Below, piece after piece: positions 25,301 to 37,900 of a stretch of 64,000 bases of DNA. The notes under the pieces were generated by a model. The model was not told where the DNA came from. It ran no database searches and saw only the letters and a program-made list of their open reading frames with translations. Made by a program: the position numbers and the translations under genes. Position 1 is the stretch's first letter. Each line of letters begins with the position of its first letter. The stretch comes from Tubulanus polymorphus (Eukaryota > Animalia > Nemertea). The DNA lies in assembly GCF_964204645.1 (NCBI RefSeq), contig NC_134027.1, positions 6,356,485-6,420,484 of the forward strand, written 5' to 3'.

Positions 25301-28300
25301 CGGCACATTCCATTCAAAGACACGCCAAACATGAATGTTACGACATGAAAAAATCAGTTCAATGTAAAAAGAACTAGAACAGTCTTTTTAAATTTTCAAG
25401 TATTTTTCATATTTTTGAGAAATGATTGAGATCTCAGATAAGAGTAAAAACTACTCCTGTACTAGAACTAGGCCATTATCAATCGCACTTCATAAAACAA
25501 GAATTGACAGTTTCTATACAGGTGCTTGAACAACTTGACCAAAATATACAATCATTTTTTTTCTCTCCATCCATTCACCTTACAAATCCGGAGTATATGT
25601 CCCTTTTTGAAGTCAATTATTTCAAGCTAAAACAGTCAATGTAGTATTCACTGAGCCAAACATATCAACATCGAAAATCAACGTGAAAATTGTACGCATT
25701 ACAACATTGACGTTGCTACATCAGTCGTATAAACTACGCACCCGAAAGAAACCTTGTCAATACAAGTTCAGCCTTTTGATCATTTTTTTGCCCGGCATCA
25801 AACTGATTTTCGTAAGCTTCATTAAACCGCGGGGACGGGCTTCGAAGCGGCGCTGTAACCGTGCGCTTGACTAGACAGCCGAGTGGACAAAACTATACAC
25901 CACGAGCCACCACGCCATGAAGAACCCTTACAACCGTGCACCGTTCAATGGACGAGGGCTACTAACAACGAACATCAGAAGTCAACCTGCCCGCTCGAAA
26001 TGATCTATTACCCACAATGCTCTTAACGGCTCGTAAACATCGATGGAAGTCAGATGTAAGTAGACGCAGGAGCACGGCTTCAGCCATCGAAGCACTCGAT
26101 TCACACGTCCATAGGCGAAATGTATTTCATAGTTTCGTTTGATCTAGTGAAATATAGCTGCGAAACACAGCGACATTTTCAAGAATCCGACAAAACCTTC
26201 GAGGAGTTATATACTCTTCCTCGACGATGCTGTGGCCAAAAATTCTTTTCTAAACTTCACTTGAGTTTGTCTTTTAGTTCATGTACATGGCCGAAGTCAG
26301 AATTTGCTTTGCATGCATCAAAAATGCATTACCTCTTTATGTATTTTTGATAGCGCGTATACAACAATATCAGTACCCTCAGCAATGGGACAGTGAAACT
26401 GGTGAAGACACTGGGCTGTCGGATTTATGAGTTACAAACTGGTAAATAATTTGCGTTTGAACATCTAGGCTTGAAACATATGTTATTTCATATTCTGAAG
26501 TAATGAATTCATCACATTTATTGCAAGGGATTACGCACCAGACTACCTCATATCACAAATTGTAGTAGTTTTCACAAAAAATCAGAGTAATTTGACTTCG
26601 AGAGTAGTGGTCTAATTGAAAATGAACTAGAAATGATTCTGATTATGAGAATATCTCAATATTTTTTGGAGTAGTTGAGCTTTTAAAGAGTATAGACTAC
26701 TCTTAGATAGTAGTTGTAGTCAGGTTTCGATACAGAGGAATAGGGGCGGGAGTTGGTGAGACTAGTCATGATTCTATACCAGTCAATACGTGCGAATGAC
26801 AGGTACTTGTTTATTATCGCCACCGATGAATGACAATAGACAATCGTATCCACATTATCCCCGATTACCTGCAGCGACAACAAATTGGGTTACAGTGGAC
26901 ATAATTACCGGACCCGTAGATATCTACCCGGCGTTACGCTATATTACAACTGACCATGCATTGAATACATCAAAACCATACCTCACGTCATAATTTACTG
27001 GCTTAGATAATGAGGACATCGGAGTAAAAAACTGCAACCAAAAATTCTCTCTTCCAAGATAATGGATGGGGAAATAGGTATTCCGGTCATGAATACCTCG
27101 GGCGATGCTCGCACGCTATCACTGAGATATCTGTCACACAAATACATGTTTAATACAACGAATACAATATCAATTGTAAACAGCACTAATACCAAAACAT
27201 CATTATCAATGACAAAACTCTCTAGTCGTAGTTCCAATCAATTGGTTACATATTCCAAGACTGCCCAATCTTGTTCCAAAATATGCACGTAAAGAGACAT
27301 TCATCGCGTACGATGATGAGTTTGGAGATCTGGTATCAGCATAGTATAGACACTTCGCTCTATAAGTGTGAAGGGCATGTGGACACTAATTGATGTATTT
27401 CTATACTTTGGTCATCCGTTTTGGGCAGAACTTCGGCCCAAAATGTGCGATACATGGTAATCGTATGGCAACAGGACAATAACCATTTACCGGTGGTATG
27501 CGAGATATTCTGATTTATCTTACTAGATGGACCAATAAAAAGAACGGTGGCTACTCCACTCGGCTATTAAATATGGCCAGCTGTCAAGCTTAACGGGGTT
27601 TGGGAGAAAATGGCCTGTGCATGCGCAAATATGATCGACCACAAATGGACATACGCCATCGTCTATACGCATGAGACTAACTTCCCTAAACTCTATCATA
27701 ACAACCATCATGATAGAATGGTTTGGCGCGTGGATCATTACCAATAGCTCTGACTTCAACCTTGTTCTGAATAGGTCTACATACAAACCACTTGATCAGT
27801 TGAGCCATTTTTTAGATTTTTAGTTTGGGCGGACTCGTGTCATCCTATACCACAAACGCACCATGAGTGACTAGTCGTGGAGCACTCAAGTCGCCTATAG
27901 GGTATTATCAGTTGCAGAGGTACTCAGGTCGACTCCAAGCGACCAGCTGTAGGTCACCAGTGACGGTCGTTGGTGGTTGGTAGAAATGCTAAGGTCATCA
28001 CAATGGGCATCTAATTGGCCATTGCACTAGTAGCTCAAAATCCAGCTGCTTGTGGTTGCGTTGACCTTTAATGATGTGACACTATCTATGGAAAAGTTCA
28101 GTATAATAGAAATCAGTATTCTAGATTTAAGACATACAAAATGGAGTCTGTTTCTTTTTGGGTATTAACTCTTAAAACAAATATGCATTCCATATCGCCT
28201 TATGTAGCATTGATGACGAAATGAGAGCCAAGTTAAATTAATGGTCATCTCACCACAAAACTTATATGTACGAAATAAACATTGTGGGATCTTCGTCATT

Positions 28301-31300
28301 TGGCAAACTTAGGACTAATCATTATCTGCAACAAGTGTGTACACAAATGTTACCCGAAAAACCATTAGTTAGGAAAGTTCTCTTGATGGCAGACAGAATT
28401 GATTCAATGTCCACGCTGACCACATGTTCACATGTTCACGCATCATATGCTGCTGAAACATTATACACCATATAAAATTGCTTTTCCAATATGTCGACAA
28501 AATTGGCTTCAAATTGGAAAACTTACTGATATGGGGCTTACCAGACCAAAGTAACCAGTAAATAGATCAATGTATCTGAAGAAATGCCAGCAATACTTAT
28601 TGACGAGTAGCATCTGCACTAGTTTTTCTCACTTTTCAATTAAAGGACCAGAGCCGAGATCGTTTTCTGAATAAGAATGAATGTTTCTTAGTCTGAATTT
28701 ACGTCAGCAATCAATTCTTAGCAATCAACTGGAGATGCATAAACAATAATTACTGAACAATTTCGGCATTACATAAAAGTGTCAGATTCATAATCAAACA
28801 GTCGTGAAGGGTCTGCACATACGGCATGTACTGGTCAGTGCACAACGCCGGTCATTCCCAATCAAGTTAAATCGCAGTTACTATCGGTAACGAACGCTGT
28901 CAAAATTCGGCCATCAGTCATGTGATTGATCGCGTAGTTTCACTTTCGATCGGCGTTATTTATCAATATCGGTTTTGACATCAACGTGCCCGACATGACG
29001 CAAACGATTGTTAAACCACTACGCAGCGTTTCAAATATGAGTGACCGATTTTATGACTAACTAACTGCGTGGCGCAATGATAGATGCGCGCCGTTAGTTA
29101 CAGCCGCGCAAATCCGCACAAAAAATGCGTAGCTGTCAACAATGATGAATGTCGCGGACATTGTGGCGAGTTTGTTCCATTGTTGGAATAACAAGATGAG
29201 CGTTTACAATCACCACTGTCCAGACGTGCAACTAACGGCTCAAACAACCGAGCCGGATGTCAGCAATGAAGCGTGCTCCGTGCAGTCACAAGATTCTAGC
29301 GCCAAATGTGTGACAGCATTTTCATCATTCATCATTCTATACTATGGAGTAGCAATCAAAAACCAATTTGCTCCATTGGCCCCTGTTCGATAATCTACCA
29401 GTTGAAAAGACGTGTCACTCGTGAGAAAAACGTTCAATTTCAGGGATCAGTCTTTCATACACAATCAGAGACTTAAGATGATTATTGGACAAATTGGCCT
29501 CTCATCAGTTATCGGGAGCCTGGGTACACAGACAGACATAACTCCCAGGAATCTAGGTCAAAATCTTTCTGTTTGATATTCCACTTTTTGGCGTTACCTG
29601 TTGTAAAACTTTTTAAAAGTTTTTACAAGTTATCTAAAGTTGCCTTCAGGATGTGTGATTTCTCGGGACATTAAGTTAGCAAACGCAAAGTTGCTTACAG
29701 TTCACCAAACAGAAAAGGTACAACATAAGAAGCCAAACATATTCCACCATATGTGCAACATGTTACTTACACCCTTTAGACTATAGTTTATATACTTAGT
29801 TCATGCCTAGTAACTTGTCACTTGTGAATTTCAGGAAAATTCTACGCAATTTTTTTACAATTAACTGCATCACTGGTTTGGCTTACTACCAAACAAACAA
29901 AGTAAATATGGCTAAGCCTAGGCAGTTTTTTAATGCTACCATTTGTTCGAAATTGTTAATTTGACGGCAGCTCGGCAAGAATATTCACAACTTCGCCGAG
30001 CCAAATTCCAATGATGCGATAGAAAACATAGAAAAATATATGAACACGAAGTTATGTCTCATTCGAAGGTATGTGAAAAATGAATCAACGATATGAATTC
30101 GCCTCCGCGTGTTACATCGATAAGTACAATTCACAATGAAGATGATAATAACTATCCACAGGCTCGCTCAAGGACTGTTCATTAGAACAAAGATAACTCG
30201 TTATAATTCAGTGCTTAATTAGGTCGAAGAAAACTTTTCATCGCCTACATTTACTGATTACTTCAGAAACATTTAATGAGTATCACATAATCCCCCAAGG
30301 TGAAAAATGTTGCCTGTGGTGTTTTTACAAAGTTCTTCTTCGGAACATCAACTTCTATTTCACAAAAGATCTCTGATTCTACCTGCTTTTTATACGGACA
30401 ACACCGCAGAAATATTCTGTTCATCATTTTTTTACGTCTAACGTGATACTCCCTCTCATTTCTGTACCAACCTGTAAAGTGGGCCCCCGTTTTAAATATC
30501 TCCTTAGAAGAGATATCACCGATGCCTTTGTACACGAGTGTATCAAAATAGCGCGCTGTCGAACACTCTTGAGCGGGAATGGCCTCGATGTGTTATTAAC
30601 GGGAAAACAATTCCATTTTCGTACTTCCGATTGTGCATGCGGAGAGCCGGAGTAAATAACGAAGACTTTGCATACAGTAATTGAGTTAGGTTACCAGTCC
30701 GTCGTTTATCTTCTTGATCCCGTTACCCACGCCGAACAATGGCAACATTGAGCCGTAACGAAGTCTGAAACGAAGCCGGTTTAATCCGACCCGTGTGGTC
30801 ACTACGAACCTCAATTGATGCGTTGTGTCAGCGACAAGGATTTACTATTGACATCTCAGACACTTTCATTATCACGACACTTAATACACCCTTTCGAGCT
30901 ACGAAAAAAAACGCGATCGAGCCCTGGAATAGTACGCGAAAATTCATTACCCAACGTTTTATGATATTTTTTAAATACTCGAATGACTGGTAATGTGGAT
31001 AAATTGGCCATAACTAATCAATATTTGAGTACTACGTATAAGACAATGGGATCAAGCAGATTAGTTGACAACGAATTAACTATCAATAACATGCGGCGCT
31101 GGTCAATCCTGTCAATTGGTGAAACTAAGCCATAGTCGACATCCACTGCTAGACCAATCTGTCAACTCTATTCATCCAAATAAATGACCATTTCGAAAAT
31201 GCCTCTTTGCACAATTTGGACGACGATTAGGACAGTATATCGCTTGAACTAAGCACGTATCATTGATAAAAGCCTCGCTGAAGAGACTCCGATTTACAAT

Positions 31301-34300
31301 CTGTCACAATTTCTATTTGCCACATTGCTAAATTGCTAATAAAAGAAAAACATATATTTCATTCGAGTAAAAATATTTCATCGCCGCACAGTATTTGACA
31401 CTCGTTGAGCCACAGCCATTATTTAGTTCTTCGAGGGTAGAACAAACTTTTGTCCTGAGACAATTGAAATATTACCATCGGCGCGTAATTGAGCAAACGG
31501 CAGAAAATTCGGCGTATCACGACGCGCGCCGCGAGGGGATTTCAACCGACCGCAGTCGGCGTCGGGTAATTTTTACACGAAATCTTTATGAGATTTTTTG
31601 TTGACATGACTCATATATGAGGCAGCAGCCGCTATTATCAACACACTCTGTGTTAATTAGATTCCAGTAAAACAATGGATGCGTTTTATAGTTGACACTC
31701 GGCGACGTCCAGCTGGGAAATCATGAAATGGACGCACCATATTTCGACACCCACCAGATCGCGGCGATGATGATGCCATTTCTTAATTCATAAGCGTCCA
31801 GAATCTTGGCAAGTGTGTGCGTGCACCGATAACGCGGGAGTAAAAAAACAAATGAAGCTCACAATTAATTGCCATGAATGAAAAAATGATACAGAATCAC
31901 AATAAAATAGAAATTGGTAACTTACAAACAATACCTCGTGAACTGCAATGTCAAGATATTCTGTAAATAATGGGGCTACAGTTGCTCAAATGATAGTTAC
32001 AGTTAACCAAAGGATAGTTGACATAGTGACGATTAAGAGTTCATCGCTTACTATGGTATCTATCTGCTGGTTATCTTTAACCAACTTTTTGAGCAATTGA
32101 CCCCAGATTAGAAAGATATCAGGAATCAACTGATCCAGATTAAGCAGGTTTAAAACTGTGTATATCGTTTTTGTGCAAGAGACCAGCAAAAAAGGATGCT
32201 ATATTATTCATATAACACTGACTAATATCTGTACGAGGTCCACATAAAGGGTACCTTCTAATTGCCAATAACTCACTGATTCTATTAGAAGTCCCTGACT
32301 GCAATAAGAATCCAGCGTTTCCGATATCAGCTACTTACTTGTAATCGTTGAAGGTTGGGTTTTTTGATGCCCATGCAGCGAAAAATTACAGTATGAAATT
32401 CAAGACATACGAATATAACATATATCATAATATCAAAATGTAACTGCGGATTGACGAAACAATTCACAAGTTTTTTTTCATCATACATAAAGGATTCCTG
32501 TTACTCTATACGTTCTCCTCTCTTTCAACATCTACTAAGAATAGCGGCACTTGTCATAACATACTTAATAAACGAACAGGATACTCGCTTTTGTCAAGAC
32601 ACTCATTTATAAATTCATGATACGTATATCTTAAAACCACATCTTTTTTCTCGATCACGCGCGTGTGCGGACGCCGCGCAAAAACTATCGCTCGACATAC
32701 AAAATGAAACGGCTTAGCTCCGATTTCTGTCATATTCCGCACCTCATGACAATCACATACGAGAAAAACGCCGCGACGTGGACAAAGTTTGCCGTCGAAG
32801 AATCACAGCGGCCATTCGCCTAAAACATCACGATCTTCGCAACGCACAAAATATTCATGTTTCCGGTCATTTGGAAAAAATGAAATGAAGTACACTCGTG
32901 TTCTGAGAATATATAATGTTGAGGGCAATCGAAGAACCTGAAGATGTAGATTGGAAAATGCTGCGTATAAGAGAAATTCATGTTTTGTAAAAGAATATGG
33001 TATGGTAAGTATAAGAAATGTTGGTCCATTTTGTATCAGGAAATATGAACTACTGGCAAAGAACACGTCCATGTACGTATTTGAGTTGGTAAAGGAAAAG
33101 GCTTTTGTGAAGATTTTTGTTGGAGGATATCAATTATCGAGAAACATCAATTATCCACTAGCGGACAGCAAGTGGCTTAAACAGATATAGAGAAAAAACA
33201 GTTATGGTTTGATTACATATTTTTCATGAACTATTAGTTGATCGTGCTCCTGTGAAAGTCCAGTTGGATAATAACTTTCAGTTGGAATCACCCGATGATG
33301 TCTTTATACAACAACATGTATTTTGGAGGTGAAAGCGTCCACACACATCACACCTCTACAGTAGAACATCATCCATGGATCAACAGCGTCGCCTGCAGCT
33401 TCCTGTCAGTCAAAGTGGTTAAATGCCGTGAAATTTCAAATCAATTTATTTGTAAATTGTCCAACAAGCCTTAAGAGGATTCAAATTCTAATGGCTTTAA
33501 AATGGATGCATGAAAGTGCTTCAGATGACATGTTCATCAACAACATCAAGACACTCGCGTGTGGATTCACGCTCAGTAATTGAGAGGGGAGCCACTAGCA
33601 AAATGATTTCGGATCCAATTTTTCATCGCCACATTTCTAAGTTGAACCGTCACATTACTCCAACTGTCGGAAAAAATATTCCTAACCTACGCATATCATG
33701 GGAGAAGAGATAGATACATGAATGCCGAGGAGTTTTAGGCCGGTCTTATTTCGCAACAACGTGATGTGGATATTTATGGGGGCTTGAATGGTGTCGATGG
33801 ATGTATGGGATAATCCAGTGAAGGCGAGATGAGCTGACATGAGATAATCTTGTCAGGTCGTAGCAGACTGAAACAGTTAATCGCGCTACGGGCTCCGCAC
33901 GAGACCTGTTGGAAATACTGGATCGCGTGCCATGTGACCCGAATCTTTCAACCAGTAATTGTAAGAAAACAATGACTTTATGATTTTGATGGACCACTCT
34001 TCAATTGATCTCAAGGTAATCAGCTTCTTTAGCGAGTCTCAAGTTCATGGACAGTGTTTTCATTTTATCGCCAGAATTGACCACCACTGCTGCTAACAGT
34101 GCTCAATCATTGAAGTAGCCATGGTTATCTAACCGATCTAACCATCATTCTCATGCACAATGGTCAACACATCAACTTGGCTCATCAATACCGAGGCAAC
34201 AATCCAAATATATGAGGTTAAAGTTAACTAGTGGCATATAACTCCGGCTAATGGCAATGATTTTACCAACACTCTAATATCGTCTTATAATATTGGACCA

Positions 34301-34865
34301 TAATGTATCAGTTCTACCAAAAATTGAATCCCATGAGCTTCGACCATTCCGTTGTCTCTCAAATAAGAAGTTCCAATTCCCGGATTTTGTACGATTGCTG
34401 CGATTACTATACCTGGATCCACGACGCTAGAAACACAGGTTGCCCATCCACAGTATGAGTAGATCAGGTGACGATTGACCGAATCCTTGACCGCTGAATC
34501 GTTATGGATTTTTTGATCAATAACGCACTCACAATTGACACTTGACAGTCAGGAATAGCCACTAGTCGTCCATTCGTCAGCCAATACACCACACAAACCA
34601 CATGACACTTTACTAAATTTAATGAATCGCTGAATGGCTATCTCAGATGACACTGATTAGTGCACAAAGTTCATGATGCAATTATGGAGGAGAGATAAAA
34701 CAATTCTATTCTACTTGAACTGTGTGATATTTTCAGTCAGGGTTTGCCTCAGGGCCACCCTCTACCACAGGTTATATCATTACCCCATTCCATAAATCGA
34801 TGGGTTAACATTAGTCTTCAGAAATCATGAATAAAAGCTAACTAATCCTTTTTACCACAAAAGCC

Positions 34866-34925
34866 TGCTAAAATACTAGTTTCAACCCCTGTGGTTGCTA
34901 AAATACTAGTTTCAACCCCTGTGGT
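34866..34925. repeat. Perfect 30-bp tandem duplication
   Basis: TGCTAAAATACTAGTTTCAACCCCTGTGGT x2. Confidence 0.9.
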
Positions 34926-37900
34926 TATTAATTAAACTATCAGCCAATTAAAACCAGTGTTATACAACAAGGCCAAAGAGTCTGTGAAAAACAGACACAA
35001 AGCCAAATATGAATTGTTCTGCAATCAAAACCTATAAGAAATATTATTTGCTTTTCTTCTTCCAGCAAGAAATTGAAATACAATTTGCAGAAGTAGATAT
35101 ACAACAATGATGTGTAATGTGACTGACTCATGAGATCTTTTGTTTAGAACGATGCTGGAGAAGCATCCTCGATCCTCAAAGCAACCAGTTTACAGTAGTC
35201 AGCTGAAGCTGGGGAGCCATCTTTCAAACCGAACAGAAACTATGAACGATAAACCACATTCTACACGAGCAATATCACCTTCATACGAAATGGTAAATCA
35301 GGAGATATTTTCAATTCATGAAAATCTTTTTGAATTGATTCGTGTTGCTGCTTTTTTTAATTGCATTTTGTGAGATGGAGACTGGAATCAACAATTGCTA
35401 GCAATAGGCAGAAATAGTAAATTCAAATTGAGCCAAGTCGTGAGATGTTTTAATGTTTATTAGATTGGCAAAGAATTAATGGTCGATTTTATCATCGATC
35501 TGGCTGAATGATCGGGAGTTATTGGCGAGAATCGCTTTGATCTAATCCAGATCACTATAAAACACATATAAAGACGAGGCAATAAATTGTCTGAACGACC
35601 ATAGCGTTTTGTAGATCAAGGCCAGTGACCCTCGTAAAATACAGACGCGCAGAGCAACCAGTAGCAAGCATCGTAGGTTATCACAAACGAACTCTCAGAA
35701 TCAGCTGGTTGTGTCCCCCGTGATGGCCGGTTGAGACTTGGCAATTAACCCATATCATCGTCATTTCATGTCGGTAATAAAATTGTCTCAAGAGTCAATG
35801 TCAGAAATTTGATGACGACAGGAGCAGCAATCCAGGGAGCGTATTAGAAAGAAATTGTGTTGATACACTGTCTGAGTTGCTAATTGATTCTGATGAAAAG
35901 GCTACTAGAACGAAGCCGACCTGTGACGGGAATGACAAACATAACGAAAATGTCAGTACAGAATGTAGATATCATTCATTTCCATTAATAAAACCATTAT
36001 TCGTCAGTGAAAGAAGTAACAACTGACAGAGAAACCGACGTTTTAGTCTCGATTACGATTCAAGAAAAGACCTTGAGATCTGTTGGTTTTGAGTCAGCTA
36101 TCTATACGCAGCATCCACCCACGCCTCACACTTGAGTCATTCAGTCACATCTAGAATGGCTCCCGTGAGTAACGACGACACCACAAAAATTCAGTAACAT
36201 GTTCAATTTCCATCAGTTCAGTCTCAAAAACTGAATATTGGGGTTATCAACTTACATAACCTCCACCCACGCCTGATGTTCGGTACCTATGAGTCGGATA
36301 ACCTCATGAAAACAAATATGATATATCACCAAAAATCTATACCCGAGAATAACATCTTCATAAAAAATAGAAACTTTTCTCAGTTCCGATGAGCAGCCTA
36401 GCCCTGGGAGATAAGAGAACACTCCCCCATCGACACACATGAACTATTTCTGAATGATCGTGAATAGTAAATAGAGTACTCACACCCCGAGATTAAGAGT
36501 GAGTAATCATCTTTTAGTCGTAAGACTCACGCATGAATCTTGTTAGCTGAGTTCATTCATAACCTTTACACATGAGTTCACCAGCAGCTACAAATCAGCA
36601 ACGCATCACAGTTCGTTCATCTAGAAATTCACAGGTCAACTGTTTTAGTACTTCAGTGAAATACTACGATCCCCATGAATTTCAGTCTTTCACATGCCCC
36701 TCTAGCTCATGCGTTCATCTTTTGTCGAGTGTTGTAATCTGGAAAATCACATACATGGATGACTGTCTAGGAGATTTGGTCATTACCAAAACCCTTCTAG
36801 CCCTACATTCATGCCAAAGCGGATGATCATAATCAATTCTGGGATGGGCATGGAGAATACTTATTCCCATGAAATGGTCAGATCACCGACAGTCACAGGT
36901 AATGAATTGATGACCCACCAACGGTATAAGACAAAAGAAATGAAAGCAATTAAAAAACCAGTATAATACCATTATCGGTATATCTGCATATTGATGTCTC
37001 AAAAATTGAATAGAAATTAGGTGAAACATTTGCTGCATAATTTTAACAAAGGTTTACTTCTGTTTTATGTCTAGTTTAGAGTCGTATATGGCGATCCTTC
37101 AATGTCATAAAGCGCTGTTTGCTAATTACAATCTCAACAATGATTGTTTACAAAAGGAGGACGATTATCATTAATGTTTAGGGAATTTTCTTGTAAATTT
37201 CCAAGGTTAATCAAATGAGTCCATCAATCAATATAAAATTTGGACACAAATTTGATTTATTTGTATATCAAGCCATTCCGGCAACCATTAAAAACTTTAT
37301 ATGGAAAATCCAGAAAATATAAAACCCATTTATTTGAAGCTACAGAAAAAAATAGAATTTTGGTTTTGGGAGCATGAATCATTCTTTCAACAATTTCCAT
37401 GACTTTGGAGCAAATGCTGGAAAAAACTACATCAACATGCATACCCAGACATGACAGAAGTATCTTGTAATGGGTAGAGTTTAAAGAATTGAATGAAGAA
37501 GAAAAGTACAAACAAAAGTTTACAGACACCTGGGAATTAAGGTGTAAACTAAGTAAGAAGCCGTTGGGATGTAGTATTTGTAGTAGTATTACTTGTAGTT
37601 TGAATAAACTAAGGTAACTCCATCGGACAGGTACACCAGACGTGAGTTACCCATTCTAACAAGCCTGTAACATCAAACTAAACAGTAGTTCATGTAACTA
37701 GTAATAATACACTTAAAAAGAAGCGAATATTGTGTATGAGGTGTAAATTTACCATCAGTCGTTCTATAAATAAAAAAAAAACCAACAAATACCGCGAATG
37801 AGATTGTGGTTGCGTTTGTTTTTTCTCATGAGTAAGAAATATCACTTGACACAGAAGTCCAATGACTCAAATCGATTGGCCATACGATAATACTCGACCT

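Noticed and set aside
17580-25874. Numerous 60-120 aa ORFs in the ORF track
   Set aside because: No domain motifs and no consistent splice structure; the lengths are what is expected by chance.
26911-26932. ACCCGTAGAT, like the 5' end of miR-100
   Set aside because: The 3' half does not match miR-100, there is no proper precursor hairpin, and no let-7 or miR-125 lies nearby.
31935-31960. EYLDIAVHE as part of a stum homolog (resembles the V.V.EK.GPL start of stum)
   Set aside because: I could not find the required downstream exons (K.GPL...PGLG; GW.WSI.WG) anywhere in the window, and nine residues are not enough.
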